64,000 bases of DNA from a virus (Duplodnaviria > Caudoviricetes), in the IMG/VR virus record IMGVR_UViG_3300006151_000005, positions 1-64,000 of that record. The stretch is one strand, 5' to 3'. This document shows, one piece after another, positions 29,925-38,876 of this stretch (position 1 is the stretch's first letter; every line of letters begins with the position of its first letter). The position numbers and the translations under genes were made by a program. The notes under the pieces were generated by a model, which saw only the letters and a list, made by a program, of their open reading frames with translations, searched no databases and was not told the DNA's origin.

Positions 29925-30392
29925 ATGGCGAGCGGCATCAGCGTCACGCACGTCTATCAGCACTTCGGAATCTCCCTCGCTCTTTGGATACTTGTAATCA
30001 TCGCAGTCCTTATCGACCTATGGGATGGCGTTTACACCGCCCGGCGACTTGGGCAGCGCGTACACAGTCACAAGCTCCGCGTCACGATAAGGAAGATAGG
30101 CGAGTATTGGCGATTCATCCTTATGGGATTTGTCGCCGACACCATCGGCATCCTGTTCCCATTCTGGGTGTGGCCTTATCTGTCAATCCTTATCTGCCTC
30201 GGCGTTATCTGCATTGAGGGCAAAAGCGTTTTGGAACACGCGAAGAAACGCAAGAGCCATGTGGCAGACATCCCCGGCATGGTAAAGGATATAATCGAGT
30301 GTGCGTCGGAACATGATGCTCTTGACTTACTTGACCGCATCAAGGGTACACTGGACGAAGAAAACGCTAAATATGTAGAAAAAGACCATTAA
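29925..30392 (+). CDS. putative holin
   Basis: TM segments; IDLWDGVYTARRLG..HSHKLRVTIRKIGEY...IEGKSVLE. Confidence 0.75.
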   Translation: MASGISVTHVYQHFGISLALWILVIIAVLIDLWDGVYTARRLGQRVHSHKLRVTIRKIGEYWRFILMGFVADTIGILFPFWVWPYLSILICLGVICIEGKSVLEHAKKRKSHVADIPGMVKDIIECASEHDALDLLDRIKGTLDEENAKYVEKDH

Positions 30393-30393
30393 C

Positions 30394-30906
30394 ATGAAAC
30401 ATCTCTTATCATTCCTTGCATTAGTCGCGGTCATCCTTTGTGGATGCACCCGGACAATCTATCAGCCCGTGGAAACTGTGCGTACCGATAGCATTAGCAC
30501 GACCGCAGAGTTCAACGAGGCGCAGTTCCAATACTTGCTGAACGTCTTGAAGCATCAGGTCAACACCCGTGATAGCGTCGTTATCCGTGATAGCGTCGTT
30601 ATGGTTGTCAACGAAGCCGGCGGCGTAGTAAGCAAAGAAGTATTCCGCGACCGCGACCGAAATCACTCAAGGGATGAAGCCATCACCCAGATGCAGGCGA
30701 AATACGACAGCATCTTCAAGGCGCAGCGCGAAGAGTTCAATGCCGTGCTTGACCAAATCCAGCAGATACCCATGCTGGTGGAAAAGCCCTTATCGAAATG
30801 GGAGCAGCTCAAGCAGGAAGTCGGAGGCATCGCCATCGGGATTCTTGTCGCCATTCTGTCAATCGCCGTAATCTGGCTTATACGGAAGATAAAACACCAG
30901 CAGTAG
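30394..30906 (+). CDS. lipoprotein, unimolecular-spanin-like
   Basis: N-terminal lipobox (ILCGC) and C-terminal TM helix; follows the holin. Confidence 0.65.
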   Translation: MKHLLSFLALVAVILCGCTRTIYQPVETVRTDSISTTAEFNEAQFQYLLNVLKHQVNTRDSVVIRDSVVMVVNEAGGVVSKEVFRDRDRNHSRDEAITQMQAKYDSIFKAQREEFNAVLDQIQQIPMLVEKPLSKWEQLKQEVGGIAIGILVAILSIAVIWLIRKIKHQQ

Positions 30907-31024
30907 CCTTGGATTGATTCTTTTCTCATTTGGTTTATTAGGATTGCAGGTGCGTTGTGAAACGTGCCTGTTTTCCTTTCCATAAACACAAAAAGAAACG
31001 CCTAAAATTGAGCGTTTCCTTTGA

Positions 31025-31230
31025 TTTTGCCCCACTTTTTGCCCCACCCATTTGTAAGTAGGTGATTTTCAGTAGGGATGGTGGAGCTGGAGGCTCTACC
31101 GATAAAATTTTCACTCGCTTGCATACACTGTAACTACCATTCTTTTCAGTGACTTACACTCTTGTTTCCGAAATTGGTTTTTCATACGCTTTCATTTATC
31201 TTCATTTTCCTGCCCCTCCTTTTGCCCCAC
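31025..31230. other. attP region: tmRNA-3'-like core flanked by arm-type repeats
   Basis: Core 31079-31093 reads CCTCCAGCTCCACCA on the minus strand; TTTTGCCCCAC at 31025, 31037 and 31220 (degenerate copy at 31208). Confidence 0.7.
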
Positions 31231-32556
31231 GTTTTCATCGGCCTTATCGAAAGCCCCCATCGCCTTTTTCGCGGTATCATCTATGATGTCAAGATAAGGC
31301 TTCATGGCGCGATAATCACTATGCCCAGTCCATTTCATCACAATGCTCGGTGGAATACCTAACATGATGGCGTTGCAGACAAATGTACGTCTTGCCGCGT
31401 GGGTGGATAGCAGCTCCCATTTGGGATGTGTTTCGTCGATGCGATTCATGCCCTTGTAGATGGTAATCGTCACCGGCGCGTTAATCTTACATTTCTTTCC
31501 TATTATTTTAAGGTAGTCGTTCATCTTCTGATTGGAGATGACTGGCAATACCTTTCCATCCGGGAAATTCACATGGGCGTATTTATCCAATATCGCCTTT
31601 GAATATTTGTTAAGCTCAATCGTCAGTGTATCGCTTGTCTTGATGGTGGTAAACGTGAAAGACGTACCGTTGAAGTTTGACCGGCGAAGATTACGCACGT
31701 CGGAATATCTTAATGATGTGAAGCAACAGAAGCAGAATACATCCCGGACTTGCGACAGGTAATTCAGATTGCCAAAATCATGGTTATAGACGGTCATCAA
31801 TTCATCCCATGTAAGGAATATGACAACCTTACGGGCGATTCTGAGGCGCACCTTTTGAAGTAGGAACTTATTCATCCCCACATAGCCCTTTTCTTGCGCC
31901 CAGCGCACAAACGCCTTGATGAAGCCTATATCTTTCTTTATCGTAGGATTGGAAAGCCCTGTGCGTTTTTCTTTATCCGGGATTGAAGAAAGATGGGCGA
32001 TAAAATCCGTCATACCTGTTTCTTCCAACTGCTCAAATGTAAGCGTCGGCGACATATCATAAAGGTGGCGTTTAATCGTCTTATTCTTCTTTAGCGCACT
32101 TTCACTCCATCGACCGCTTCTCACATTGTCTTGGATGTATTCTTCAAATATGGGAAAGATTGACTCATCCTTTACTTCGACCGGCTTTTCTTCTTCCGGC
32201 GGTGTGGTAAGACGTGTGTATTCTTCCATGAATTGCTCCTTTGTCGGCACACTGTCCTTTTCTTCAAAGGAAAGGAAAATGCCATTGACAAGGATTTCAA
32301 GGTCATCTATATCACGGTTGATAGTTGATGCCGGTGTCTTATTCTTTCCGTGAACAGATTTTGCGCGACACCTTTGTAGGGATGATTCCCAATAATCGGG
32401 ATTAACGTTATGACTTACACTCAAGCGCACACGTTGCCCCTGCCAAGTGACCACACACCGCAAACGACCCTCTGGCTGCTTCGCCTTTTTATCGGTCTTC
32501 GCGGTTGTCTTCTTGACTTCCACTGTAAACGATATGTTACGCTTGATTGCTATCAT
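31192..32556 (-). CDS. int: tyrosine integrase
   Basis: TSLRYSD (R), HAARRT (HxxR), WTGH and MKPY catalytic residues; N-terminal arm-binding region. Confidence 0.95.
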   Translation of the reverse strand: MIAIKRNISFTVEVKKTTAKTDKKAKQPEGRLRCVVTWQGQRVRLSVSHNVNPDYWESSLQRCRAKSVHGKNKTPASTINRDIDDLEILVNGIFLSFEEKDSVPTKEQFMEEYTRLTTPPEEEKPVEVKDESIFPIFEEYIQDNVRSGRWSESALKKNKTIKRHLYDMSPTLTFEQLEETGMTDFIAHLSSIPDKEKRTGLSNPTIKKDIGFIKAFVRWAQEKGYVGMNKFLLQKVRLRIARKVVIFLTWDELMTVYNHDFGNLNYLSQVRDVFCFCCFTSLRYSDVRNLRRSNFNGTSFTFTTIKTSDTLTIELNKYSKAILDKYAHVNFPDGKVLPVISNQKMNDYLKIIGKKCKINAPVTITIYKGMNRIDETHPKWELLSTHAARRTFVCNAIMLGIPPSIVMKWTGHSDYRAMKPYLDIIDDTAKKAMGAFDKADENVGQKEGQENEDK

Positions 32557-32559
32557 GCC

Positions 32560-33207
32560 TTACACCTTATTTATATCATTAGCTTGCGTATAGATGTAAC
32601 CTATCACGCTGAAAATACGGCGCACCGAATCAACAGGAATTTCAAACGGCTCGTATATCAACTTGCCATCCGGATATGTCGCCACATTAGAAGAATACAG
32701 GGCGATATGCGCGTTATCTACGCCCTTTTGAACACGCTTCACAATGCAGAACTCGTTTGTTTCCACAAGGTAGTTATTGCCGGGTATCAAAAGCTGTGTA
32801 TCGACTACGCGCTTCAATACAAGGATGCACCCGATTGGATACTCGGTCATGCTGTCACTGGTGTTACGCATCGCCACCTCTGCCTTTGGGAAACAAGACC
32901 CCACATTGATAGCTTCGCCGCATTTACCATCTTTAGCTGCTGAAAGCTCCTCGGCAGATTCATACATCGCAATCACGCCGGCGGCTTCTTCTCGTGTCAT
33001 CGGGCCGCTTTCAAACATAAGCCATTCTTGGCGAATATCGGGAAACGCCTCAATAATACGGTTCGCCAGCTTCATGCTTATGCCGTGGCGACCATTACGG
33101 ATGTCGGTAAACGTCTGTGCAGACGCAATACCAATCTTTGCGGCCAACTCTTTCCACGTGAGGCCGGTCATTTTCTGGACTTCGACAAGTTTTTCTCCGT
33201 CAGTCAT
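32560..33207 (-). CDS. CI-like repressor (HTH plus S24-like C-terminal domain)
   Basis: N-terminal XRE HTH; SDSM and IVKR S24-like motifs; divergent from the Cro-like gene. Confidence 0.8.
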   Translation of the reverse strand: MTDGEKLVEVQKMTGLTWKELAAKIGIASAQTFTDIRNGRHGISMKLANRIIEAFPDIRQEWLMFESGPMTREEAAGVIAMYESAEELSAAKDGKCGEAINVGSCFPKAEVAMRNTSDSMTEYPIGCILVLKRVVDTQLLIPGNNYLVETNEFCIVKRVQKGVDNAHIALYSSNVATYPDGKLIYEPFEIPVDSVRRIFSVIGYIYTQANDINKV

Positions 33208-33222
33208 AAGAGTTAATAATTG

Positions 33223-33355
33223 TTAAATACTGATTGTTGCTATTGCGCAATCAGTTTTTTGTTGTACTTTTGCGGTGTCAATACTGATTAAGCACTTAAT
33301 AAACCGCGTTTAAGTGGCTGCTTAAATACTTAATCCTATTACGACAACAAAGTTA
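33223..33355. promoter_or_regulatory. lysis-lysogeny switch region
   Basis: Plus strand TACTTTTG at 33265-33272; minus strand TAACTTTG at 33355-33348; repeated ACTGATT/AATCAGT half-sites. Confidence 0.65.
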
Positions 33356-33379
33356 ATACTTATTTTGATTAAAAACCAA

Positions 33380-33586
33380 ATGGAAATTAAGAAAATTAAA
33401 CGAGGCGACCGTCTGCAACTTGCGCTAACTAACCTGAATGTTGGCGAAAGCGTGAAAGTGCCATATCGCTTTTTCTCTGAAAACTCCATCCGGGCTACGG
33501 CTTCGCAACTTAAAGCTGACAAGGCCGTGGAGTTCGATATAAACACGCGCTCAAATGTCGCGGCAGTCTTGACGAGAACACAATGA
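33380..33586 (+). CDS. Cro-position small DNA-binding protein
   Basis: First gene divergent from the repressor; small and basic. Confidence 0.55.
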   Translation: MEIKKIKRGDRLQLALTNLNVGESVKVPYRFFSENSIRATASQLKADKAVEFDINTRSNVAAVLTRTQ

Positions 33587-33909
33587 GCGGCGAGGTAGGA
33601 ACATTTGCCATCGGTCTTGATACGCCCATTCATCTGCTGACCCCACGCCAGCTTTTTGAAATGATGACCGAGTGGCAGGCGAAAACTCCAAAAGCGGAAG
33701 AAAAGCCACAACAGCCGAAACGATGGTATGCCAATAGCATAGGCGAGCTTGCAGAAATTCTGGGAACATCGGAAACAACAGTCTATCGGATGAAAGCCGC
33801 CGGTCTTCTTGACGATTGCATAAGCCAGTATGGGCGATGGATGATGATAGACGTGGAAAAGGTACTTGAAAAATTTAAGCTGTCAAATCGACGGCGCAAA
33901 AAGAAATAG
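33583..33909 (+). CDS. excisionase-like HTH protein (DUF3853-like)
   Basis: SIGELAEILGTSETTVYRMKAAGLLDDCISQYGR. Confidence 0.75.
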   Translation: MSGEVGTFAIGLDTPIHLLTPRQLFEMMTEWQAKTPKAEEKPQQPKRWYANSIGELAEILGTSETTVYRMKAAGLLDDCISQYGRWMMIDVEKVLEKFKLSNRRRKKK

Positions 33910-33994
33910 GGCGAGCCAAGAGAGGCAGTCCTTTGGCGAAAGCCATAAACAACAACATCCAACGCCCGGCGATGCCAAATAAGCCGGGCAATTT

Positions 33995-34169
33995 GAAGAC
34001 GTAGCGAAAATGGTAGGCGCGTCACTTGTTCAGCGAAACACAGATAAGGAGTAATTAGCCTTACGTGCCGACGGTTGCAAACGCCGTGTAAGCCCGTAGC
34101 CGGGAGATGCCGAGTGAACGAGGAAGTGTGGTAGGCGACACATTGCGGGTTCGACTCCCGCTGTCTTCA
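33995..34169 (+). ncRNA. tRNA-like RNA with a large insertion in the anticodon/variable region
   Basis: Acceptor GAAGACG/TGTCTTC plus discriminator A; TAGCG..TGGTAG..CGC D arm; GCGGG-TTCGACT-CCCGC T arm. Confidence 0.65.
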
Positions 34170-34217
34170 CTAATGCAAGGCCGGAAGCAGTAAGACGGCA
34201 TAAAAACAAAATCCAAT

Positions 34218-35174
34218 ATGAGTAATTTGGAACAATACGTTTCGCCACCCACAGAGGTACCGGCAGCTGAATTGATTTCAGTCATGGACTCTTCTGAACG
34301 TGCGAATGTTGACATTCAGATTGTCACAGCAAAGCGTTATCCGCGCAATCTGAAAAGGAGTATCGAAAACGCCATCGTCATGGCAACCCTTGACGTGGAA
34401 ACAGCAGACAAAATGGGTTACGCATTGAATCGTGGCGGGAAACCCATCACCGGCCCATCGGTACACCTTGCGAAGCTGATAGTCGCCCAGTATGGCAACA
34501 TGCGTATAGATGCGCGTGTAATCGCCATCAACGAGCGCGAGGTTGTGTCACGCGGCATGGCTTGGGACTTGGAAAGCAACAACGCCTATGCCGTAGAGGT
34601 TAGACGCTCTATCATCGGCAAAAACGGACGATTCAGCGACGATATGATAACCGTTACAGGGAACGCTGCAAACGCGATTGCATTGCGCAATGCAGTTTTT
34701 GCCGTCATACCGGGCGCGATAGTTGACAAGGTGTATCGCGCGGCCCAGCAAACAATCACCGGCGACCTTTCGGATGAAAACAAACTCATTCAAAGCCGCG
34801 AAAAGGCTATCAAGTATTTCAAGGAGCAGTACGGAATAACGGAAGAAGAAGTTATCAAGCTCTGCGGCAAGTACACGAAAGCCCAGATATGCGCCTCCGA
34901 AATCGCGTTATTGCGCGGCATGATGCAAGCTCTTCGTGACGGCGATACGACCGTAGAAGACCTTATGTCGCCCATTCGTAATAGCAAGGAAGCCAAATCA
35001 AGCAAACTCACTGAAATGGCATCACGCGCAGCCGCAAAGGGTGCGAAGAAGACCACGGCTAAACCCGTAGAGGAATCGGAAGATGCCGCCAAAGAAACAG
35101 TAGATACTGAAACGGGCGAAGTTAAGACCACCGACAGCGGCGAGCCTATGCAAGCCCCTAATCCCCAAATCTAA
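34218..35174 (+). CDS. putative recombination (ssDNA-annealing-position) protein
   Basis: Directly upstream of the YqaJ exonuclease and SSB; disordered charged tail; family not recognised. Confidence 0.5.
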   Translation: MSNLEQYVSPPTEVPAAELISVMDSSERANVDIQIVTAKRYPRNLKRSIENAIVMATLDVETADKMGYALNRGGKPITGPSVHLAKLIVAQYGNMRIDARVIAINEREVVSRGMAWDLESNNAYAVEVRRSIIGKNGRFSDDMITVTGNAANAIALRNAVFAVIPGAIVDKVYRAAQQTITGDLSDENKLIQSREKAIKYFKEQYGITEEEVIKLCGKYTKAQICASEIALLRGMMQALRDGDTTVEDLMSPIRNSKEAKSSKLTEMASRAAAKGAKKTTAKPVEESEDAAKETVDTETGEVKTTDSGEPMQAPNPQI

Positions 35175-35180
35175 TAAGCC

Positions 35181-35879
35181 ATGTCAAATCTCAGCTTTAC
35201 ACAGGAACAGCGCACTCTAGAATGGTATCGCGCTCGCCTCGGCTACATCACCGGCAGTCAGGTAGGCTCGCTGATGAAAAGTGGCCGTACAAAGGACAAA
35301 GTGTTTTCAGACACCGCCCTTACATACCTTTATCAACTTGCGGGGGAACGCTCGCTGAACCCCGAAATTGTCAAGGATGATAATATGTTCACATTCTACC
35401 TTGAGCAAACCACATCGCAGTCAAAGGCTATGCGCTTCGGCACGGAGCAGGAAGAAAATGCACGTGTCATGTACGTCACGATGACTGGGCGCGAGGTTAA
35501 GGAGGTAGGCCTCTGCCACCATCCCAAAATCAAATATCTCGCTTCATCGCCGGACGGAATAACCGCCGACGGCGACGTGATGGGATGCGTAGAAATCAAA
35601 TGCCCCACACTGTCAACATACAGCAAGTATGTTGCGGAAATCCACGACAACGACTCGCTCAAGAAAGTCAATCCGGACTACTTCTATCAGTGCCAGAATC
35701 ACATGGCCTGCACCGAGGCTAAATTCTGCGACTTCATCGTGTATTGCCCCTTTGTGGAAAATCCTATCCACATCGTGCGCATCAAGCGCGACAAAGATGC
35801 CATCGCACTTATCGAGGAGCGCGTGGAACTCGCAGAGCAAATCATCGAAGAAAACTATTCACAACTCAAAAGAGCATAA
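35181..35879 (+). CDS. YqaJ/lambda-exonuclease family protein
   Basis: QRTLEWYRARLG.ITGS, ASSPDG, VEIKCP, YFYQCQ. Confidence 0.92.
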   Translation: MSNLSFTQEQRTLEWYRARLGYITGSQVGSLMKSGRTKDKVFSDTALTYLYQLAGERSLNPEIVKDDNMFTFYLEQTTSQSKAMRFGTEQEENARVMYVTMTGREVKEVGLCHHPKIKYLASSPDGITADGDVMGCVEIKCPTLSTYSKYVAEIHDNDSLKKVNPDYFYQCQNHMACTEAKFCDFIVYCPFVENPIHIVRIKRDKDAIALIEERVELAEQIIEENYSQLKRA

Positions 35880-35882
35880 ACA

Positions 35883-36227
35883 ATGGCAGACAACAATTCA
35901 CTTTTGTCTGGCAGCATCTGTCTGTCTGACATCCCCAAATCGCAGATGAGAAAAGTCATGTGCAAGGACGGCAAGGAACGAATCTACCTGAACGTAGCCG
36001 TCATTACAAAAAAGCAACCGCAGACGTTTACAAGCGAAAACGGCGTTGCTCACACGTACACGCACTTCATCACTTGCGCACCCAAAAAAGAAGAGCGCAT
36101 CGACGGCGTTAACTACATCCTCGGCGACCTTGAAACGCGCACGTTCACGCCCCAATCTCCCACACCGGAAGACGTAGCCAATGCGCCCAGCATCGCACCC
36201 GGCGAAAACCCTGACCTCCCATTCTAA
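35883..36227 (+). CDS. putative single-stranded DNA-binding protein
   Basis: C-terminal PDLPF tail; position after the exonuclease. Confidence 0.6.
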   Translation: MADNNSLLSGSICLSDIPKSQMRKVMCKDGKERIYLNVAVITKKQPQTFTSENGVAHTYTHFITCAPKKEERIDGVNYILGDLETRTFTPQSPTPEDVANAPSIAPGENPDLPF

Positions 36228-36284
36228 TCACTACCGGCTGCGCCGTGTCAACCGCGATACGGCGTGGCCGACAATCATTATCAG

Positions 36285-37781
36285 ATGAACGCTTCACTTT
36301 TAACAGATGGCTACAAGTTAGACCATCGCAGACAATATCCGAAAGGTACGGAATTTGTCTATGCGAATTGGACTCCGCGTAGCAATGGATACATGCCAGA
36401 TGCAAAAGATGGCGCGGTGGTCTTCGGTATCCAGTATTTCATCAAGAAATATCTTATAGACCGCTTCAATAACGACTTCTTCAATCTGCCGGAAGATGTT
36501 GCCGTGGCGCAGTTCAAACGTCGCGTCGATACCTTTCTCGGCAAGAACGAGGTCGGCTCGGAACACATCCGCGAACTACACCGCCTCGGTTATCTGCCCA
36601 TCAGACTCAAGGCACTGCCGGAGGGGTCAATCTGCCCGATACGTGTGCCGATGATTACGGTCATCAACACCAATCCCAAATTCTTCTGGCTTACAAACTT
36701 CTTGGAAACCATCATGTCGTGCGAATTATGGCTACCCATGACCTCGGCGACAACATCCCGGTTGTATCGTAAGGAGCTTGAACGCCATGCAGAAAAGACG
36801 GGCTTCACACCAGACATCAATCTCGGTTTTCTTTGTCACGACTTCTCCATGCGCGGTATGGCTGGCTTGGAAGCAGCCATCACAAGCGGTATGGGGCACT
36901 TGACATCGTTTGTCGGCAGTGAAACGCTCCCGGCGATTGAAGCCGTAGAGAAATACTACAACGCCAACGCGGAAAAGGAAATCATCGCAATGACCGTACC
37001 GGCATCAGAGCATAGCGTCATGTGCGCCGGCGGCAAGGAAGATGAGTTTGAAACATTCAAACGCTTCATCACTGAAATCTACCCCAATGGCTTTTGCAGT
37101 ATCGTAAGCGACACATGGGATTTATGGAAAGTCATCACTGACTATCTGCCCCGCCTTAAAGATACCATCATGGCGCGTGACGGTCGCCTCGTTATTCGCC
37201 CTGATAGCGGAAACCCGGTTAACATCATCTGCGGTCTGCCGCAATCAACCATAGACGATATGAGCTTTGAGGAGCTTGACGAAAACAAGGCGGCTGTAAC
37301 CGGCGTGTATGAACTTCTGTGGAACATATTCGGCGGTACTATCAACGAAAAGGGTTATAAAGTCCTTGACCCACATATCGGCGTAATCTACGGCGACAGC
37401 ATCACACGTGAGCGTCAGAAAGAGATATATCGACGGTTGGAAGCCAAAGGCTTTGCCGCCACAAATCTTGTACTGGGCGTTGGCTCGTTCACGTTTCAGT
37501 ACGTTACCCGCGACTGCCTCGGCTTCGCCATGAAAGCAACATGGTGTCAGGTCAACGGCGAACCCCGCGAAATCTTCAAATCGCCCAAAACCGATAGCGG
37601 AATGAAGAAGTCGCTGAAAGGTCTTATCCGCGTCGATAAAGACCAGAACGGCATCTACTACGCTACGGACTGCGTAACCCCGGAACAGGAAGCCGGCGGT
37701 TGTCTTGAGGTTGTCTTTGAAGACGGCAAGCTGATAAAGGAAACATCGTTTAACGAAATCCGCGAAAGGCTATGCAGATAA
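36285..37781 (+). CDS. nicotinamide phosphoribosyltransferase-family protein (Namat-like, NARP1)
   Basis: TDGYK..H..QYP, HDFSMRG, PASEHSVM, VSDTWD, IRPDSG, IYGDSIT, KKSLKG. Confidence 0.92.
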   Translation: MNASLLTDGYKLDHRRQYPKGTEFVYANWTPRSNGYMPDAKDGAVVFGIQYFIKKYLIDRFNNDFFNLPEDVAVAQFKRRVDTFLGKNEVGSEHIRELHRLGYLPIRLKALPEGSICPIRVPMITVINTNPKFFWLTNFLETIMSCELWLPMTSATTSRLYRKELERHAEKTGFTPDINLGFLCHDFSMRGMAGLEAAITSGMGHLTSFVGSETLPAIEAVEKYYNANAEKEIIAMTVPASEHSVMCAGGKEDEFETFKRFITEIYPNGFCSIVSDTWDLWKVITDYLPRLKDTIMARDGRLVIRPDSGNPVNIICGLPQSTIDDMSFEELDENKAAVTGVYELLWNIFGGTINEKGYKVLDPHIGVIYGDSITRERQKEIYRRLEAKGFAATNLVLGVGSFTFQYVTRDCLGFAMKATWCQVNGEPREIFKSPKTDSGMKKSLKGLIRVDKDQNGIYYATDCVTPEQEAGGCLEVVFEDGKLIKETSFNEIRERLCR

Positions 37782-38599
37782 TCGACCTCACCAAACAGAC
37801 CGGCTGCAAAATAGCCACATTTCCCGACGGCGAAAAGCATGTAACCGTTGATGAGCTTGACTGCAAAGAGCCGGTATCAATAGTATGCCGTATCACGTGC
37901 GCGGATGACCTTTTCTGTCTTATGCAGTTAGGCGACATTCTCAATCGTCAGGAGGTGGAAATCAACACCTTGTTTATCGGCTATCTGATGTCGATGCGCT
38001 GTGACCGCCTATTTGACTTCAATAGACCGTTCTCGCTAAAGATTGTGGCCGATGCAATCAACGCAATAGGGGCGCAGAAGGTGCAAATTATTGAACCGCA
38101 CTCCTACCGCGCGATGTCGCTTATAAACAAATCCGTGGGCGCACTTGCAACGATGGAATACTTTATGAACGGCATCCTCAAATCCAATGAACTGCAACTT
38201 GACGTAGTGGCGGTATTGCCGGACGAGGGCGCACAAGCCCGCTACCACATACCCCATGCAATCCCATCAATATGCTGTGAAAAGCGACGCGACCCGAAAA
38301 CCGGGAAACTGCTATCGTTTGAGGTCTGCACCAAAGAAACCGACATCTGCAAAGACAAGGATTTAGTGCTTATGGACGACCTTTGCGATGGCGGTGGAAC
38401 ATTCTTAGGTCTTGCGCCCAAACTGCGCGAGCTTGCACCTAAAAGTATATCCCTGCTTGTTACCCACGCCATCCAGCTTGACGGCATCAAGAAAGTTGCA
38501 CAGGCTTATGACCACGTGTTCATAACGAACTCCTACAAGGAATGGGGCGCAGAACCCGAACTGCCCGATAACGTAACTGTCTTTAAGGTCTTTCGATAA
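37772..38599 (+). CDS. ribose-phosphate pyrophosphokinase-like protein (Adps-like, NARP1)
   Basis: FPDGE, R.DR, PHS, PDEGA, KRRD, DDLCDGGGTF. Confidence 0.88.
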   Translation: MQIIDLTKQTGCKIATFPDGEKHVTVDELDCKEPVSIVCRITCADDLFCLMQLGDILNRQEVEINTLFIGYLMSMRCDRLFDFNRPFSLKIVADAINAIGAQKVQIIEPHSYRAMSLINKSVGALATMEYFMNGILKSNELQLDVVAVLPDEGAQARYHIPHAIPSICCEKRRDPKTGKLLSFEVCTKETDICKDKDLVLMDDLCDGGGTFLGLAPKLRELAPKSISLLVTHAIQLDGIKKVAQAYDHVFITNSYKEWGAEPELPDNVTVFKVFR

Positions 38600-38874
38600 T
38601 GAACATCTTCAAAAGATGGAAGCGTGACACCTCAAAATCTACTGACCAGAAGCCCGTCGCCCAATTCAATCTCAAGGTCTATGCCGACAAGCTGGAACTT
38701 GATTTTAAGGGCGACGAGGTAAAGGTCGGAGGTGCGCTTGTAACGCTTATGTTGCGGCATCCGCATACCCATGCAATTATTAACAACGCTGTCGTAGCGA
38801 CTAATAGGAAACTTGCCCGGCTCGAAGCACAGGCCGCGTATTCCGACCTTGTTACGACATTTAACCCCAACTAA
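38599..38874 (+). CDS. hypothetical protein
   Basis: TAATG translational coupling. Confidence 0.6.
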   Translation: MNIFKRWKRDTSKSTDQKPVAQFNLKVYADKLELDFKGDEVKVGGALVTLMLRHPHTHAIINNAVVATNRKLARLEAQAAYSDLVTTFNPN

Positions 38875-38876
38875 CA

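Noticed and set aside
31079-31093. Prophage boundary (attL/attR)
   Set aside because: Phage genes and arm repeats lie on both sides and no full host RNA gene is present, so it fits attP
33995-34169. Ordinary tRNA-Asn(GTT) gene or tmRNA
   Set aside because: The TTGTTCA loop lacks a proper 5-bp stem, the length is 175 nt, and there is no G3-U70 pair or convincing tag ORF. Kept only as tRNA-like.
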